From NCBI RefSeq assembly GCF_006345805.1, contig NC_043002.1:57784001-57848000 (forward strand): 64,000 nucleotides of DNA, written 5' to 3'. Of the stretch, positions 26,230-41,909 are shown piece by piece. Source of the stretch: Octopus sinensis (taxonomy: Eukaryota). Position numbers and translations under genes: made by a program. The notes beneath the pieces are model-generated. The model saw nothing but the letters and a program-made list of their open reading frames with translations, searched no databases and was not told the DNA's origin. The first letter of the stretch is position 1; the number at the start of each line of letters is the position of its first letter.

Positions 26230-27130
26230 ATCCGTATTTAATATCGGTTTCGAAAGTTTGGCACAAGGTCAGCGATTTCTGGGGAGTGGTTAAGTCGATC
26301 ACATCGACCCCAGTACTCAACTAGCGCTCATTTTATCGACCTCGATGGGCTGAAATACAAAGTCGACCTCGGCAGAATTTGAACTCAGAACGTAGCGACG
26401 GGCGAAATACCGTTGAACACTTTGCCCGGCGTGCTAACGATTCTGTCAGCTGGTCGCCTTCAACCATATTTAATATCGGTTTCTAATTTTGGCACAACGC
26501 CAGAAATTTCGGGAGTGGGGTGGAGAGTAAGTCGATTACATCGACCCCGGTACATGACTGGTACTTATCTTATCGACTTCGAAAAGATGAAACGCAAAGT
26601 TGGCCACAACAGCGTTTGAACTCAGAACGTAACGAAGTACGAAACGCCGCTGAGTATTATGCCCGGCGAGTTAACGATTCTGTCAGTTGCTCGCCTTCAT
26701 CTATATTTAATATCGTTTTCTACTCTAGGCACAAGGCCCAAAATTTTGGGAGAGTGGGGACCAGTTGATTAGATCAACCCCAGTACGCAACTGATACTTA
26801 ATCTATAGACTTCGAAAGGATGAAAGGCAACGTCGACCTCGGCGGAATTTGAACTCAGAACGTAAAGACACGAAATACTGCTAAGCATGTTTGTACTATA
26901 ATATTCTTTTCTACTCTAGGCACAAGGCCCGAAATTTTAGGGGAGGGGGTTAGTCCAGTAGATCGACCCCAGTACGTAACTGGTACTTAATTTATCGACC
27001 GCGAAAGGATGAGAGGCAAAGTCGAGCTATGCGGAATTTGAACTCAGAACGTAAAGACACAAATAATGCCGCTAAGCATTATGTCCAGCGAGTTAACGAT
27101 TCTGCCAGCTGCTCGCCTTCATCCATATTT
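26230..27130 (-). mobile_element. Head-to-tail array of about 5 SINE family B copies
   Basis: TTTGAACTCAGAACGT (rc of B box) recurs near 26380, 26615, 26850 and 27040, each with tail-2 sequence. Confidence 0.8.
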
Positions 27131-27141
27131 AATATCAATAT

Positions 27142-27320
27142 CACATTGTGCCGGTCGCCATCGAGACATCAGGTGTTCTGAGACCCCCGCAGCCGATTAC
27201 CTCCACAAAATTCAGGATTACTGCAGCCCTGTCAGTGAAATGAATCTTGCGAAGTGGTTTCGCTACTTCAGCGAGTACCGCTTGCCATTCTCTGCGGCTT
27301 GATGAGGCGCAGCTAAACAC
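27142..27320 (+). mobile_element. CRE-like RLE LINE C-terminal fragment
   Basis: HIVPVAIETSGVL..AADYLHKI and QRVPLAIL resemble the CRE-type RLE end (PxAxETxG...QRxSxAI). Confidence 0.5.
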
Positions 27321-28494
27321 GCCATTTATTCCCACCCCCATCTCCTGCTGCTTACCCCACCTTTTTCCCTTTTTCTTTGTTTCCTTGGTGAAGTAATGTT
27401 TTTTTTCTCTCGATAATATGATCTTTATTCTTTTAATTTTTTTTTCTTTCTTTCCTTCTTGTAAAAACTTGTTAATAAAAACCAAGTCTAATATCCTATC
27501 AATAACTCTCTGTGACGAATTCCCATGGAAGTATTTTATATGCGGCGAGCGAGAATTACATAAAAAAGGTTAGGTCTCCTTAACCACAGACTAAATATAT
27601 TCCATTCATGAACAGCTTCTAATCATCTACTAACACGCCTCGTTAAATAAGAAATCAATCAATGAAGCAATCAGTCTTTGTTTATTAATATTTATTGATC
27701 TACTTGACATATACATTCATTACAGAATCAATTGTTTAATTTTCCTTATATTGCGTCTATTATCGTGTATTTAATTGCAGCGTTTGTAAACTCTCAAGTT
27801 ACAGAGATTGTAACTGAGGTCAACCACGGTCAACCCAGGTCAACCCCTGCGAGTGAACGAAACAGTGCACGATCACCTAAATTACCTTGCCTTGAATTAA
27901 CATGTAAGTGGTCGAGTATTCCACAGACACGTGACACTTAACATAATTTCCGGGTAGAATCAGCATGACACAGTATTTAAATAATCTGTACCTTTTAAGT
28001 TACTGGTAGAAGACATAAAAAAGGCTTCCATACAGTTTCCATCAAAACAATTTCAGTCATAATGTTTGGTTCTACCGAAGGTCATGGAAAACGGCATTTG
28101 CCTAAGGTACCACATTATCTGAAACGCAAACCTTTTAACCATTCGGCCATATCGGTATTAATATCGTAAAACCAACAATGGCTGAATTTATGTGTAAGGG
28201 GCCGAGTATTCCTCAGACACGTATCATCAACGTAATTTCTAGAATGAATCAGCGTGGCGCTCATGGAACAAAGTTGTACCCTTCGAATTACAAATATCCA
28301 CTGGAAGTGCTTCCATAGTTTTCGACCACCCAATTTCGCTTTCAAGATACGGGTCAATCCGGAGCTATAGAAATAAAAATAACACGCCCAATGTGTCATG
28401 CTGTGGGATCGAACCTGGGACCACGTGGTTGCAAAGGATACTATTTAATCATTCGCCCATATCCGTTATGACGTCGAAAAGAACGGCAGCAACG

Positions 28495-28735
28495 ACTGTA
28501 ATAATCCTTTCTACTAAAGGCGCAAGGTATGAAATTTTTTTTTCCGGGGGAGGAACTAGTCGATTGATCGACCCCTATGTCTCACTGGTACTTAATTTAT
28601 CGCCCCCCCCCCCCCGAAAGCATGAAAAGAAAAGTCGACCTTGACGGCATGTGAACTCAGAACGTTTAAACAGACGAAATGCCGCTAAGCATTTCGTCCG
28701 GCATGCTAAAGATTCTGTCAGCTCTCCTCCTTAAC
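28495..28735 (-). mobile_element. SINE family B (tail 2)
   Basis: rc head GCTAAGCATTTCGTCCGGCATGCTAAAGATTCTGTCAGCTC and GAACTCAGAACG. Confidence 0.75.
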
Positions 28736-29689
28736 AACTGCAATAATAATTTGTAATAAAATTATTCCATTCAACCACCACCACCACCACCACCACCACC
28801 AGTCTACCTGAACGCTGCCGCCACCGTTATCGCAACAACAGCATTAAGAACAAATTTGATGGCAACAGCAGGCATGAAGATAAGGTTGATAAAAATCAAC
28901 AAATAATCAGAAAGCTAACACAATAACTACGGTAACGAAGATGGCATCAGCGCGATAGTATAAAGGAACATTGAGCAGACGACAGAATCAAATATACTAT
29001 TGAACACATAATAACTACAAGAATTAATAACAGTCAAGACGAAAACAGGCTTTAGATTATACGTTAACATTATCGAAGCCAAAGAGTTTCTGACACATGC
29101 TTGCTAATATTAGTCCACTTACTGCTGTTGCTGCTGCTGCTGCTGCTGCTGCTGTTGTTGCTGCAGTTGCTGCTGCTACGATGACGTAAATATCATATCA
29201 GAAACCAAAGTGACAACGTTGCAAAATATTGCAGTTTCGGTAGACATTGCAATGCGTTGCAATTTAGTAGACACAATTAAGGCTGTAAACATTGGCACAT
29301 TGATATAAACGATCTGTTTGGTAAGAGTCCGTCTCGTGGCAACGGACCGATTAGCAACGAATCATACATTTGTGTTTCTCGTTTCTTGGTTTATGCGTTT
29401 CATTGCGTTTGTCTTTGTTTTTTTAAAGTTTGCTTTTGTGAATCAACCAACCAAAAGTTAAGACGGATGACGATTGAGGTTCTGATAGACAGAAATACAA
29501 TTTGGAAATGAATGAAACAAGAAAATATGCTCTGTTAGTTTAGAGAGGACCTCTGTTTGAGCCGCAATTAATATAACTTTTATAACATATTGTGTGTTGT
29601 TTCGGCTTCTGAGTGAAGGCTGACGTAAAGGCAAGACGTTTGATGGAAGTATGTTTGCAGGCATGACTGTTGGTGAAGAAGATCGATTT

Positions 29690-29960
29690 GCAGTCATGCG
29701 GTATCAAGTTCAGTCTCACTGCACCCCGTTCTGGGTGTCTTCTAAATTCCAGAGCCGACCAATGCCTTGGGAGTGAATGTGGTAGACGGAAACTGTGTGG
29801 AAACATATCGTATATATGTGTGCGTGGGTGTGTGTAAGCGTGTGTATGTGTGTGTGTCTTTAGGTATGTGTTTCTCATCCCTCTACCGTTTAACAACCGG
29901 TGTTATTTTGTTTACGTCCCTGTAATTTAGCGGTTCAGCAAAAGAGACCAAGAGAATAAG
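29690..29960 (+). mobile_element. SINE family A, degenerate
   Basis: AAGTTCAGTCTCACTGCA head, GGTAGACGGAAACTG domain, TTAGCGGTTCAGCAAAAGAGACC. Confidence 0.7.
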
Positions 29961-30925
29961 TTTCAGACTTCCATAAAAAAAAAATGACGAGGTGTCCGAA
30001 CATGTCCCCTTTGTACGTATATCTCATGTTTATTTTATCGATCACAAAAACAAGAATGCCAAAACATTCCTATACGGCTTTCAGCTCTGGAGTCCGAAAC
30101 TAAATAAAGCTTTTCATTCAATTCAGCCTTCTTGTGGATGTAGCATTGTATTCCTAACCGTTCTAAAACATACAAAAGGCATTCATTTTTATATGGAACG
30201 TCGCGGCCTTGTTCTGCTGTTGACTCTTAATTCCTCGATGGAGTACCGTGGTGGCGTAAGGCATGTCATGGACACTTCAAGGTTTGGCTGAGACCACTCT
30301 TTTCCATGTCTGATCACTACCAATTTTCTTCCAGAAAGTTAGACGGGAAGAAAGAAAGAAAAAGAGATGGGGAAGATTAGCCCGGGACTGGTACTTTATT
30401 TATCGATCCCGAAAAGATGAAAAACAAAATTGACCTTGATGGGATAAAAGCTCAGAGAAAAGATAGCTAGATTGATTACCGGAAAGTAATTTGTATGACG
30501 TTTTAACGATTCGGCCAATTAGTCGTGTGTAGGAAGGACTCGATTGTAACGAGCACAAGTCGTGGATTCAATAAAAGAAACGCAGATTAGTGAAACGAAA
30601 TGTCTAAGATATTCTAACTCATCTCGAAAGGCAGTGAATTTTGGTTTTGCTTCTACCTAACTTCAGTATCTCTTCTTCCAAACTTCAGTATTGCACCGAA
30701 CCAATAGCGGTAAATTAAACTTTGAAGAGGAATTAAATGGAAGGAAAAAGCTACAAAATAACGATAGCATGCTAGGAAAGAATGTTTCTCACGAAAGAAA
30801 GTTGTTACCACAATAGCATTTACCATTATATTCTTCTAAAATAAACACAATTTCTTAGAAATTACCGAAGTTGGTAAAATCGATAATCAGATATGCATTA
30901 CATGATAATTCTTGAATTATCCAAG

Positions 30926-31185
30926 TTAAATTGAAATGAGCCTGACACTCGACAACTTAAATCGTTTTATCTGTGTTCTTTTTCCCTTTAATTCTGTTTT
31001 TGTTCTGTAATGAACTCTGTTCGTATCCGTTTCAGTCTTTATTAACTGCGAAATGGAAGTGACAGGGTTCAGAGTAATGCGGCTAATGTTAAGACGGGGT
31101 CCTTGTAGATTATCAACAAGGTGAGGCCAAATACCACCCAAATCTGCCATTGCTGTTAAATGATTCAATAACAATGTGCGTCGGC
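30926..31185 (-). CDS. Candidate terminal coding exon of an unidentified host gene
   Basis: Acceptor ttacccttttttatgtag|G; open frame (G)RRTLLLNHLTAMADLGGIWPHLVDNLQGPRLN...LISI*; phase 1 start matches exon 33978-34107. Confidence 0.4.
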
Positions 31186-31903
31186 CTACATAAAAAGGGT
31201 AACGGTGTGTGTTCACGTGTATGTGTATATGCGTGTGCGCGTGTGTATGTGTGTGTATGTGGGCGTATTAGTGTAGATCCCGCCCCCAGCACACATATAT
31301 TTAGGTATATTATTATTTAATAACAGTTTCACTCGGCTCCATGTTTAGGGTACCAATTAGTTTTCACTGACGAGCCAACGAAGTTTTTAAATGCATGAAA
31401 CCGATTTCAAAATATTTTAAATGCTAAAATGACGCATAGCAATTGTGTTGAGTGTCTCTTTTTTTCGTTTGTCCTCTCTACTTTTAAGCGTGTAGGTTAT
31501 ACATACAGTATATAACGGTGCGGAGTATATCAGACGCACCACGATTTCAGCAGCGCATATTCAGGCAAAACAGCTTTTAGTGCATCTAAGCAAAGCACTG
31601 TATATAAGACGGGTTACTTTTTTTTACGAGACATTTTTGCGGAAGTAAAAAGTGTCTTATAAATGACATAAGCTACCGTACGCATATATATATATATATA
31701 TGTAAATTAAGAAATGGATTTTATACTTCCGACATATGTTTCGGACATTTCCCTACACCCTGGAATTTCTACTTTTATAAGTAGGCTGTAATATCCATGG
31801 CACTTATGCTACCTTGGTAACTATTTTTTCTGCGTAATTTGTACACATTGAAAAAATACACATACATACATGCATACATACATACATACATACATACATG
31901 CAT

Positions 31904-31991
<88 letters not shown>

Positions 31992-33399
31992 AATAAAATA
32001 TATGCATATATATAACATATATGTACGTACCTACCTCTACATGTACATATACACGCATATATGTGTACAGGACACCAAAAAGACGTCGAACACATAGAGA
32101 GACGAAAAACATAGACACAAACCAAGGAACAAGACAGGCAAAAAAAAGGAGATACAGGACAATAAGCACAACGAAAAATCCCCTTCTTCAGTCGCTAAAG
32201 TTTCATCTACTAAACGTTTCGAAGGATAAAAGCGAGACGTATACTTCGAATGAAAAATTCCTTCCTGCGAAAAGCAAATCAATTAAATTCTGAGATCTTG
32301 TCGCAGAGGGGTAAAAAAAAGCAAGACGGTAAAGACAGTACAAACATATAAACAGTAAAAAATATATATATATAAACAGTGGAAAAATAAATATATAACA
32401 GTGAGAGACAGGACAAGGAGAACTGACAGATGATAGCCGTCCAATCAACACACACACTCCACCTCACCACACAATCACTGCGTTGATGAGCACTTAGATG
32501 TCTTTTAAGACATATATGCATATATGTATACCTACCTACCTACCTACTCATATACATACATACATACATACACACATGTATGTGTGTGCGTGTGCGTGTA
32601 AATGTCTATCTATCTGTCTGTCTGTGTGTGTAAATGTAAGTATATTTATATCTCTCTATATATATGTGTGTGTGTGTGTGTGTGAATAAAATCAGACAAA
32701 GAGAAGGAAAGACAAAAAGGACAGGCAGCTATTGGATGATCCGTAATTATGTCTTAATCTCTCTCTCTCTCTCACTCTCTCTCTCTCTCTCTCCTTTCTG
32801 TTTCTTTACGCCTCACCTTCAGATTAATTTCGCCATCCGACTGACATCCTTTCTTTTACTATATTCTATTTTTTCAATATATTCTAACCATTCTTTCAAG
32901 ATCGTCCTTACTCTCTTCCACTTTCTTTCCCCTCTCTTTCTCCCCCTTCTCTCTTCATCATTCCCTTTCTCTTTCTCTCTATTTTACTCTCCTACCCTTC
33001 CTCCCTTTCGCTGTATACGGATGTCTATCTCAGCGTGACTAAGTCTATCTCTGTAAAATGTTTTCTCTATAATCTCCCCTTGTGTGTATGTGTGTGTGTG
33101 TGTGTGTGTGTGTATGTCTGTCTGCGTGTGTGTGTGTCTGTGTATGTGTTTGTCTGTATGTGCAAGTGTGCGCGCGCGAGCTCTGATGGTTCTAACGCAA
33201 AGTTTCCCATTCGGAGATCGTGTCTGGTGATAAAATCCACAGATTGATTATAGATTGTAACAAAACTGTGTTTCTTTATATGGATAGATGTGTGTGTGCG
33301 CGTATTCATATATACACACCTATGTATATATATATGCATATCTATTTGAACATGAACATGTCCATATATATATAAAAGAGTCTATGCACAGATATAACG

Positions 33400-33430
<31 letters not shown>

Positions 33431-33445
33431 CCATATTTATATCTA

Positions 33446-33477
<32 letters not shown>

Positions 33478-33541
33478 TTTATGCATGTATATGCACCATG
33501 CATACGCATGTTTATAAATGCATACATAAATACATATACAT

Positions 33542-33594
<53 letters not shown>

Positions 33595-33977
33595 TGCATA
33601 CTGTTATATATGCACAGGAATACGTTTGTACATGCATTTATGTATATTTCTGTTTGTGAATGCAGGTTTATAGGATAATGGCTTTTGTGTTTTGTCTATG
33701 TAAGTCAATGCAAGCGTAATATATGCATTTTCATTCATAAGTGAGTATGGAGGCGCTTGGTGGTGATGTGTGTCTTAATATGTATTCGTGCTTGAGCGCC
33801 TCTATTTAATTGAGCATGTATATGCAGGTGTGTGTGTATATGTGTGCGTGTGTCTGTGAATGTGTGCGTGTATTTGTATGTTTGACAGCATATGTGAACA
33901 GTACTAAACGCTATTCACACATTATACCGAACATTATCCACGCTATTACCAGTTCCACCTAAATAATAACTACATAC

Positions 33978-34107
33978 CGATTTTTTCAGCACCGCCATAG
34001 AAGAACACTAACTGATGGCGTCTGTTACAACAGCAGTTAATGTTTCGATTATACATTAACAATTGTAGGAGCCAAATACTTGCATCCAAAATCACTGCAT
34101 TTGGTTG
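33978..34107 (-). CDS. Candidate internal exon (130 nt, phase 0 to 1)
   Basis: Acceptor ttttctaacttag|, donor G|gtatgt; only one frame open: QPNAVILDASIWLLQLLMYNRNINCCCNRRHQLVFFYGGAEKI(G). Confidence 0.45.
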
Positions 34108-34309
34108 CTAAGTTAGAAAAGTTCCTTCTTTGTAACACCATCTAACAACTAAACACATGACTTAAACACCAGTTTTGAGGAATAGAGTTTTTGTTATTTA
34201 TTATTTCTTTTATATTATTTTTCGATCTTTTTTTTGTATATTTAGTCTGTCGATATATATTTTTGTTCTTTTCTTTTCACACTGCTGTCTATTAATACAC
34301 ATTCCACCG

Positions 34310-34773
<464 letters not shown>

Positions 34774-35035
34774 GGACAGACAGACGCAAGTCAAATGGGC
34801 TCCACGTAAGTTGGTATTTTTGTACGTTCAAAAGTGTATATTGACAAATATTTTGTGTTTAAAAGTTGTGCAACAACATCCACTGCAAACCTTTGATAAA
34901 TATATATACACAAAATTTTGCCCCTTGTGGGCAAAATTTAAAAGAAAAAGATTCTTATAGCCTTCGTGGTTCCATTTAGCCATTTTAATTTCAAAATGGC
35001 CACTGGTCACCACGAGGCTGAGGTGCAAGTCAAGC

Positions 35036-36838
35036 GTGACGCAGAGACAAAAAAAACAGGATGCCCTGCTAGCATACGCTGAACCTGACAACAACACCAC
35101 CACCACCACCACCATCAGCATTGACAACAGCAACAACTATAAAACAAAGGTCGTAAGGCCAAGCACCGTCACCACCATCAACACCGACACCACCACCATA
35201 GCAGCTTCTGCTACGACAACTGCTTCCTCTACCAACAACAACAAAACCAAGGTCACCGACACCCTTCTTGACGACGTTGAGTTCCCCACACTGCTGCCTC
35301 TACCACAATCTCATAGCAGGGGAAATGGGGGAAAACAACACGAATGCAAATGTGAGCATGAACGCTAACATCGCGACCTCCACTCACAAACTCGTAAACA
35401 CCCGACTTCACAGTTTACTACTATATGACGAACGACTCTGCCACAAACATCACCACCACCACCACCACCACCACCTCCACAAAAAACAATTTCGCGGAAG
35501 CCATACGACCGAAAAGAAGGATCTTAAAATTACTCACCAACAAATACAAGACACAAAGTCCTTGCTCACAAGAGAAGGCGACACAATACATTTAAATATT
35601 CCACGGAACATCATAGAAGAAACACAAAAGAGGACCATCATTTACAGAATACTCAACACCAAAACAAAAAACCGGAAAGCCTACCTAAAGAAAAAATTGA
35701 AAAGTGCCTCTCTTCCGTGTGGAAATTCCGAACTTATGTGAATTGGGGAAGTAAATTTGCTACCGTGCAAGTTCACTTCCATACGGAAGAACTAGCAAAA
35801 AGGTTTTCAACCCTTACTCTGCGCACAGACCAGGTAACAATGGTACCAAGCTACCTTGGGCGCAGAATTACGAAAGTCACAATAAATAATGTGCCGCCAA
35901 TGGTGAATACCCAGTGGCTGGTATCGGCCATCTGCTCCGATATAGAAGAAGCAGATATTTTAGAAACAGCTGACATTCCAGAGGAAAGCTGGACGGGTAA
36001 AAAACTCGAAATATTTCTTCAAATCTCCCAAGAAGTAATAAACAATTTACCAGCCTTTGTTCAACTGGCAAACGACCAAAAATTGTATGTAGTGGTGGAG
36101 GGCAGGAGACCAAGATGCTATTTATGCAACAGTGAGGCACACCTTAGATACGAGTGCCCAACTGCTGTCAGAAATAGGCAACAGCAACCACTCCCCAAAC
36201 CTGGAAGGAAACCCCTGCTACCCACACCTCCTTCAACCCAAAAGACAGGAAAAACAGCGGACGATACAAAAACTGTTTCCCTCTCACCAACCACATCACC
36301 AAGAAGAGAATTACCTCCGACATCGCAACCAACAAAAGAAGCAACATCACCATCAACATCAAAAGACAAACCAACACCAGCACCAAGAACAACAACCAAA
36401 AAAACAAATATCAATGACGAAAAGACAAATTCTGCCCCTAACACCCCAACAACACAAACACCACACAAAACAACAACACCTTCTACAAACACACATATAG
36501 ATCCAAACGCTTTGCCTTTACCCTCTTCTGATTCGGACACGTCGTCCAAAGACGAAAGTTCGACGGAATGGCAAATAGCCACAGGGGGTAAAAGGAAAAG
36601 ACCCCAAAAAACCAAAGAAAACGCAACCAAAGCAGGGAGATACCTGAACCCTGAAAGCTCCATACACAACCAAACAAGCACCAACACCACAAAAACACAC
36701 ACAATGCTATCAGCGATAGACACAAAAGACTCCAAACTAATGGAGTACATCACAGGCTACACAAACATCTGTGAAGATGACTTCAAAACTAACAACCATC
36801 CACGCACTACACCACCCAAACACATCAAAACTTTATAG
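35036..36838 (+). pseudogene. Tx1-like ORF1 (RRM-like region plus CX2CX4HX4C), frameshifted
   Basis: VTINNVPP and VVVEGRRPRCYLCNSEAHLRYECP; split over ORFs 35036-35368, 35268-35741 and 35717-36838. Confidence 0.8.
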
Positions 36839-36949
36839 AAACCTCCTCGAAGACACATCAAAGAACGAGGAAGCCAAAACTTTCGACACAAGTAAGTAAC
36901 TCTCTGTACTTTCCTTTTTGTGTTTCAAAGCACACACCTCAATAGAATC

Positions 36950-39900
36950 ATGGTCAAGATTGGTTGTGTGAATGCGCGTGGTTTGGGGTCTCCTTGGAAA
37001 CAAGGATACCTCCTAAATGACATCAAGTCACATGATTTGGGAATCATAGCCATAAGTGAGACCAGACTCCACGAGCCACGGGCCCTAAAGTCCATGTTTG
37101 GCGGACAGTTTAACATTTATTTCGCTCCCTGTCTGCCGAGGATGGGCGGTACTTCTTCACAAGAGCCTGGATCTCGAAGTCAAGACGATATTCGTAGACC
37201 CGAGGGTAGACTGGTCGTTCTGGATGTTGACGGCAGCAATGGGTGTGCTTTTCGACTCGTATCAGTCTACGCACCGCCCTTAACAGGTCGGGCGGATTTC
37301 TTTCGACGTCTAGAAGTATTCTTGGGAACGTCTCGTCCTTTACTCTTAGTGGGGGATTGGAATGCTACCTTCGACACGCATGTAGACTACGTAGGTAGAG
37401 ACAGAAACAGAAGGGGATGCAAATGCCTCAGAGACCTGCTCAGACGATTCCAACTGTCTGACAGGTACCGACTCGACCACCCAAATGCACCAACGTGGAC
37501 ATGGAGCAACCGCAGTGGGTCGTCCAGATCGTATCTAGATAGGATACTGTGTAGGACAGTAGACAAGGATAACTTAGGATGTCCACAATTCCACACAGTC
37601 AGCTACACGGATCACAAATTGGTGACGTGTACGCTAGACTTAGATAAGGCACATAGACAGGGTCCTGGGTACTGGAAACTGAACGCATCATTCCCGTCCA
37701 GACAAGTTTTCAGAGACCGGATTAGCACACTAGTAAAGAGGGCTTTGACGGGAGCCATCATCAACAACAAATGGTGGTTTGCCCTCAAGAGAGCAGTAAA
37801 AGCAGAAGCGATTAGGTACAGCAAAGCACTAGCCATAGATAGAAATAGAGTAGAGGGTGAGCTAGTTAAGAAGCTAGAAGAGGCAATTAGAAGCGGCATC
37901 GCATCCGACGTTTTGGCGGCGAGGTTGGCCCTCGACCAACACTTCAACGCCAAACACGAAGGATGTGCTGTCAGAGCTAGGATGCGTGCTCTAAGGAACG
38001 AAGGTGTTGGAGCCGCGAGAGAGGCCCGGGTGGCAGAGTCGCAACAGGGCAACAAAGCCACCATTCGGTCACTGGTAGATGAACAGGGGCGCGAATTGCT
38101 CGAGCCAAGTAAAATGTGTGAGGCCTTTCAGCAGCATTTTGCCCGACTGTTCGGGACGAGTGGAGGGCAAGAACGTAGGGTGGACTTCAGTGCCTACCTA
38201 CATAGCCTGCCACGACTCTCGACAAGAAAGGCAGGGTGCTGCGAAGTGCCATCACGGCGGCGGAAGTGCAGGAAGTGATAGCAGAATGCTCGAGGGACAA
38301 ATCACCGGGTTTGGATGGTCTACCCTACGAGTTTTACAATTGTATGCCAGACTTGTTTGGAGGCGTCTTGGCAGCGGTATACTGCAACTGGCATCAAAAC
38401 GGGAGCATACCCAGTTTTGTGAGTCGAGGAGCTGTAACACTGCTGAAGAAAGATCCAAACAAGGGGAACATTATAGATAACTTTAGACCAATCACTCTGC
38501 TCAATGCTGACCTAAAAATTTTGACAAAGGTGTTAGCCAAGAGGTTGGCGCTTGTCATCGAGAAACTGGTCGACAACGCACAAACGTGCGCCGTGCCGGG
38601 CCGGAGCATCCATGACAACCTCCATCTGATGCGCTACATCATAGACAGGGTAGTTAACGAACCTGGCATGGGTGGGGCCCTGATCAACTTGGATCAATCA
38701 AAAGCCTTCGATAGGGTAGACCATCGATACTTGGAGGCAGTCCTGAGAGCGGCTGGTTTCGGTCCCGTCTTCCGCGGCTGGATAGCTGCCTTGTACAGAG
38801 GCATCCGTTCGGTAATTGCGTGAATGGACATCTATCGAGACCTTTCGACATTGCACGTTCGGTCCGTCAGGGATGCCCCCTCTCGGCGCTTCTATACGTA
38901 TGACTCTTGAGCCACTACTGCGGAGCTGGCGACTCTGAAGGGCATCCCGCGAGAATGGGGATGCGGGACGAGCGTATCTGCATACGCGGACGACGTCACC
39001 GTCATAGTGTCAAGCCACGAGCACATCGAGCGGGTCGGCGAGACACTGAAAGATACGAAGCGGTGACGGAGCAAAAATCAACCGGGAAAAGTCAGTGGGC
39101 TTGCAGCTCGGCACCTGAGAAAGCAAGCCCATGCCGTCCACCAGTACCTCCGTCGTGGGACGCTGGACAGACGGCCCGGTTGAGTTGCTCGGGGTCTGGT
39201 TCGGTCCGGACCTCCAAATGGAGAAGAACTGGAACGAGATAACGAGTAGGGTGGTCACTCTCGCCAGCAATGGGCCGAGAGGAAACTGCCTAAAAGGTCG
39301 GGCGGAGGTAGCGAACGCGTACATCGCGTCCATCATCTACTACCGCCTGACCGTCGTACCTTGTCCCGACCCTACCATCACCAAACTAGAACGCATCCTC
39401 TTCCGCTTCTTGTGGAAAGGATGCGTCCCGATGGTCAGGCGATCCATTTGCTGTCAACACCCGTTAAAAGGAGGGCTGGGCATGCCGTGGTTGATGATGC
39501 GCAGACACGCGCTGAGACCGCGAGATCTCCGGCTCTATGTAGACGACGGTGAACAGGTGTGGTCGCCGTTTGTGAGGCACGCATTCCTGCAACTTGTCTC
39601 CATGACCGAACTGCAGTCGTGGATCAAAAAGAGGCCGAGGAAGGGCGAATGGCACCGCGAGTGTCGCGTTGCTCTCGAGCAACTCTGCCGTCCCGGGTCG
39701 ACCTTGAGTGACTTCAACACAACCAAAACATTCTATAGGGGATTAGTGGAGGGGAGGTACGACGACGATCTCGGGGCAAACCTGGGCGTCGACGAGGAAT
39801 ACCTGACCCGCCTGTTTCAAACGACTTTCGGCCCGGGACCTATGGACAACTTCCAGAGATCCCTGGCCTGGCGGTGCTACCGAGAAGCGCTACCCGTTCG

Positions 39901-40357
39901 GGATAAGCTCTATAGGCATGGCTCGAGAAACACGGGGCCGACCTTCCCGAGATGCGGGCAGAGCGACGAAACCGCTCTGCACGCAATCGTGCAGTGTCCA
40001 GCAATTCCCACCTGTGGGCTTATGACGAACGACTGCTGTCACGTGTGGACGTGTCGGTTTATCAGCCGAGTCTATCGTTAATATCGTCACGCCTCTTCCT
40101 TCAAACGGGAAGGAAGAGCTATTTTTATCATACTTGTGGCTATGGCGAAAGAATGTATCTGGTGGAAGCGCCTGAAAGGATTAGAACAAACACTTTCCTC
40201 TCTGGTCAATCTCTCATCAACTTCTCAAGTATCACTTGAGGAGGAAAGTGAGAGTAGAGAGGCAAGTTTTGTCTAGCGAATGTTTTAAAAAAAGATGGTG
40301 AATGTAGCAAGGATGGCACGTATGAATGACGAAGCCACCTTGACTATGATTCTATGA
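36950..40357 (+). pseudogene. Tx1-like ORF2 (APE endonuclease plus RT), disrupted
   Basis: MVKIGCVNARGL, SVYAP, GDWNA, YLDRIL, SYTDHK, KSPGLDGLPYEFY, FRPITLLNADLKI, LDQSKAFDRV, SVRQGCPLS, SAYADDV, HPLKGGLG, RCGQSDETALHAIVQC. Confidence 0.92.
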
Positions 40358-40832
40358 ACCATAAAATTAATACAGAGAGTTGCTTATTTGCAAAAAAAAA
40401 ATAAAAGAAAGAAAAATATAACATGTGACTTCATTGACCGAGGTTACCGTGGTCTTTTCCGTAGGCTTTTCTTTCCACGGGTAAACCTCACCTGTCCTCC
40501 CCTTTACACTTCATATTGACATTTCTGTGATAACGATCCCTATTGATCAATTTTTTTTCCTCTCCCCCCTTTTTTTTAACCCCCCCCCTTTTTTAACCCC
40601 CATCTTTTTTTGTCCTCTTTCTCTCCTTTTACGATCCTTTTGATCGACCCCCCTTTTGTTTATTTTTATTTTTATTTTTTATTTTTTTTTACCTTCAAAA
40701 GAAAAGCTCTACCTTGTAATTTGTTCTATCTGTGTGCAGCCCTGTGTGGCTAATAAAGAAACATATCTATCTGTCTATCTATCTATTTATCTATCTATCT
40801 GTTTGTCTATCTGTCTATCTATCTATCTACCT

Positions 40833-40870
<38 letters not shown>

Positions 40871-41367
40871 CAATTATCTATCTATCTGTCTGTATATATC
40901 TGTCTCTACATTTATTTATATATATGTCTGTCTCTCTGTCTATCTATCTATTTATCTATTTATCTATATATCTGTCTGTTTGTCTATCTATCTATTAATC
41001 TCTCTCTCTCTCTCTCTATGTATATGTGTGTAGGTGTATAAGTATGTATGTAACTGTGTCAAATGGAATGAGTTTTTCTCCATCACATAATGTTTGCACA
41101 ATGTGTAATATGATCTCAGACACTTATGCAATTCGTACATTATGATACAAACACATATAACTATAAATGTATTTATACATATATACATGCAAACATCCAC
41201 AGATATACATATACATATATGTATATATATGTATATGTATACATATACATATACACAGATATGCATATGAGCATATATATACAGGCTAACATATGTACAT
41301 GCATATATAAATGCAGACATACATGCATATATATAATATTTTACTATAAAATTGGATCAATATTTAT

Positions 41368-41424
<57 letters not shown>

Positions 41425-41909
41425 CATACAAACATATATATATATATACGTATATATACATTCATAAATATATTCTTTATTCTTTTATTTGTTTCAGTCA
41501 TTTGACTGTGGCCATTTTGGAGCACCGCCTTTACTCGACTTAATCTTTGAAAGACTAGTACTTTTTCTATCGGTTTCTTTTGCCGAACCGCTACGTTACG
41601 GGGACGTAAAAACACTAGCATCGGTTGTCAAACGATGTTGAGGGGAGAAACAAACACAGACACACAAACACAAACACACACACACACACACACATATATA
41701 TATGATTTTGATTGATTTTGATTTTTCCAGTTTCAGCTCATGAGCTGTGGCCATGCTGGGGCACCGCCATTTGGTTTGCTACATGATTTTACCTCACGAA
41801 TGCTTTTTAGCAACTGCCATTTGGTGCATGAGAGAGTTCGATGCAGCTGCCCTCATCTGCATCTCCTGCCGTGAAGTTGGTTCATCCGGGACACCTGACA
41901 GGAAGAGAT

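Noticed and set aside
31715-31770. Minus-strand GAAACATATGTC palindromic helix III
   Set aside because: No CUGANGA upstream.
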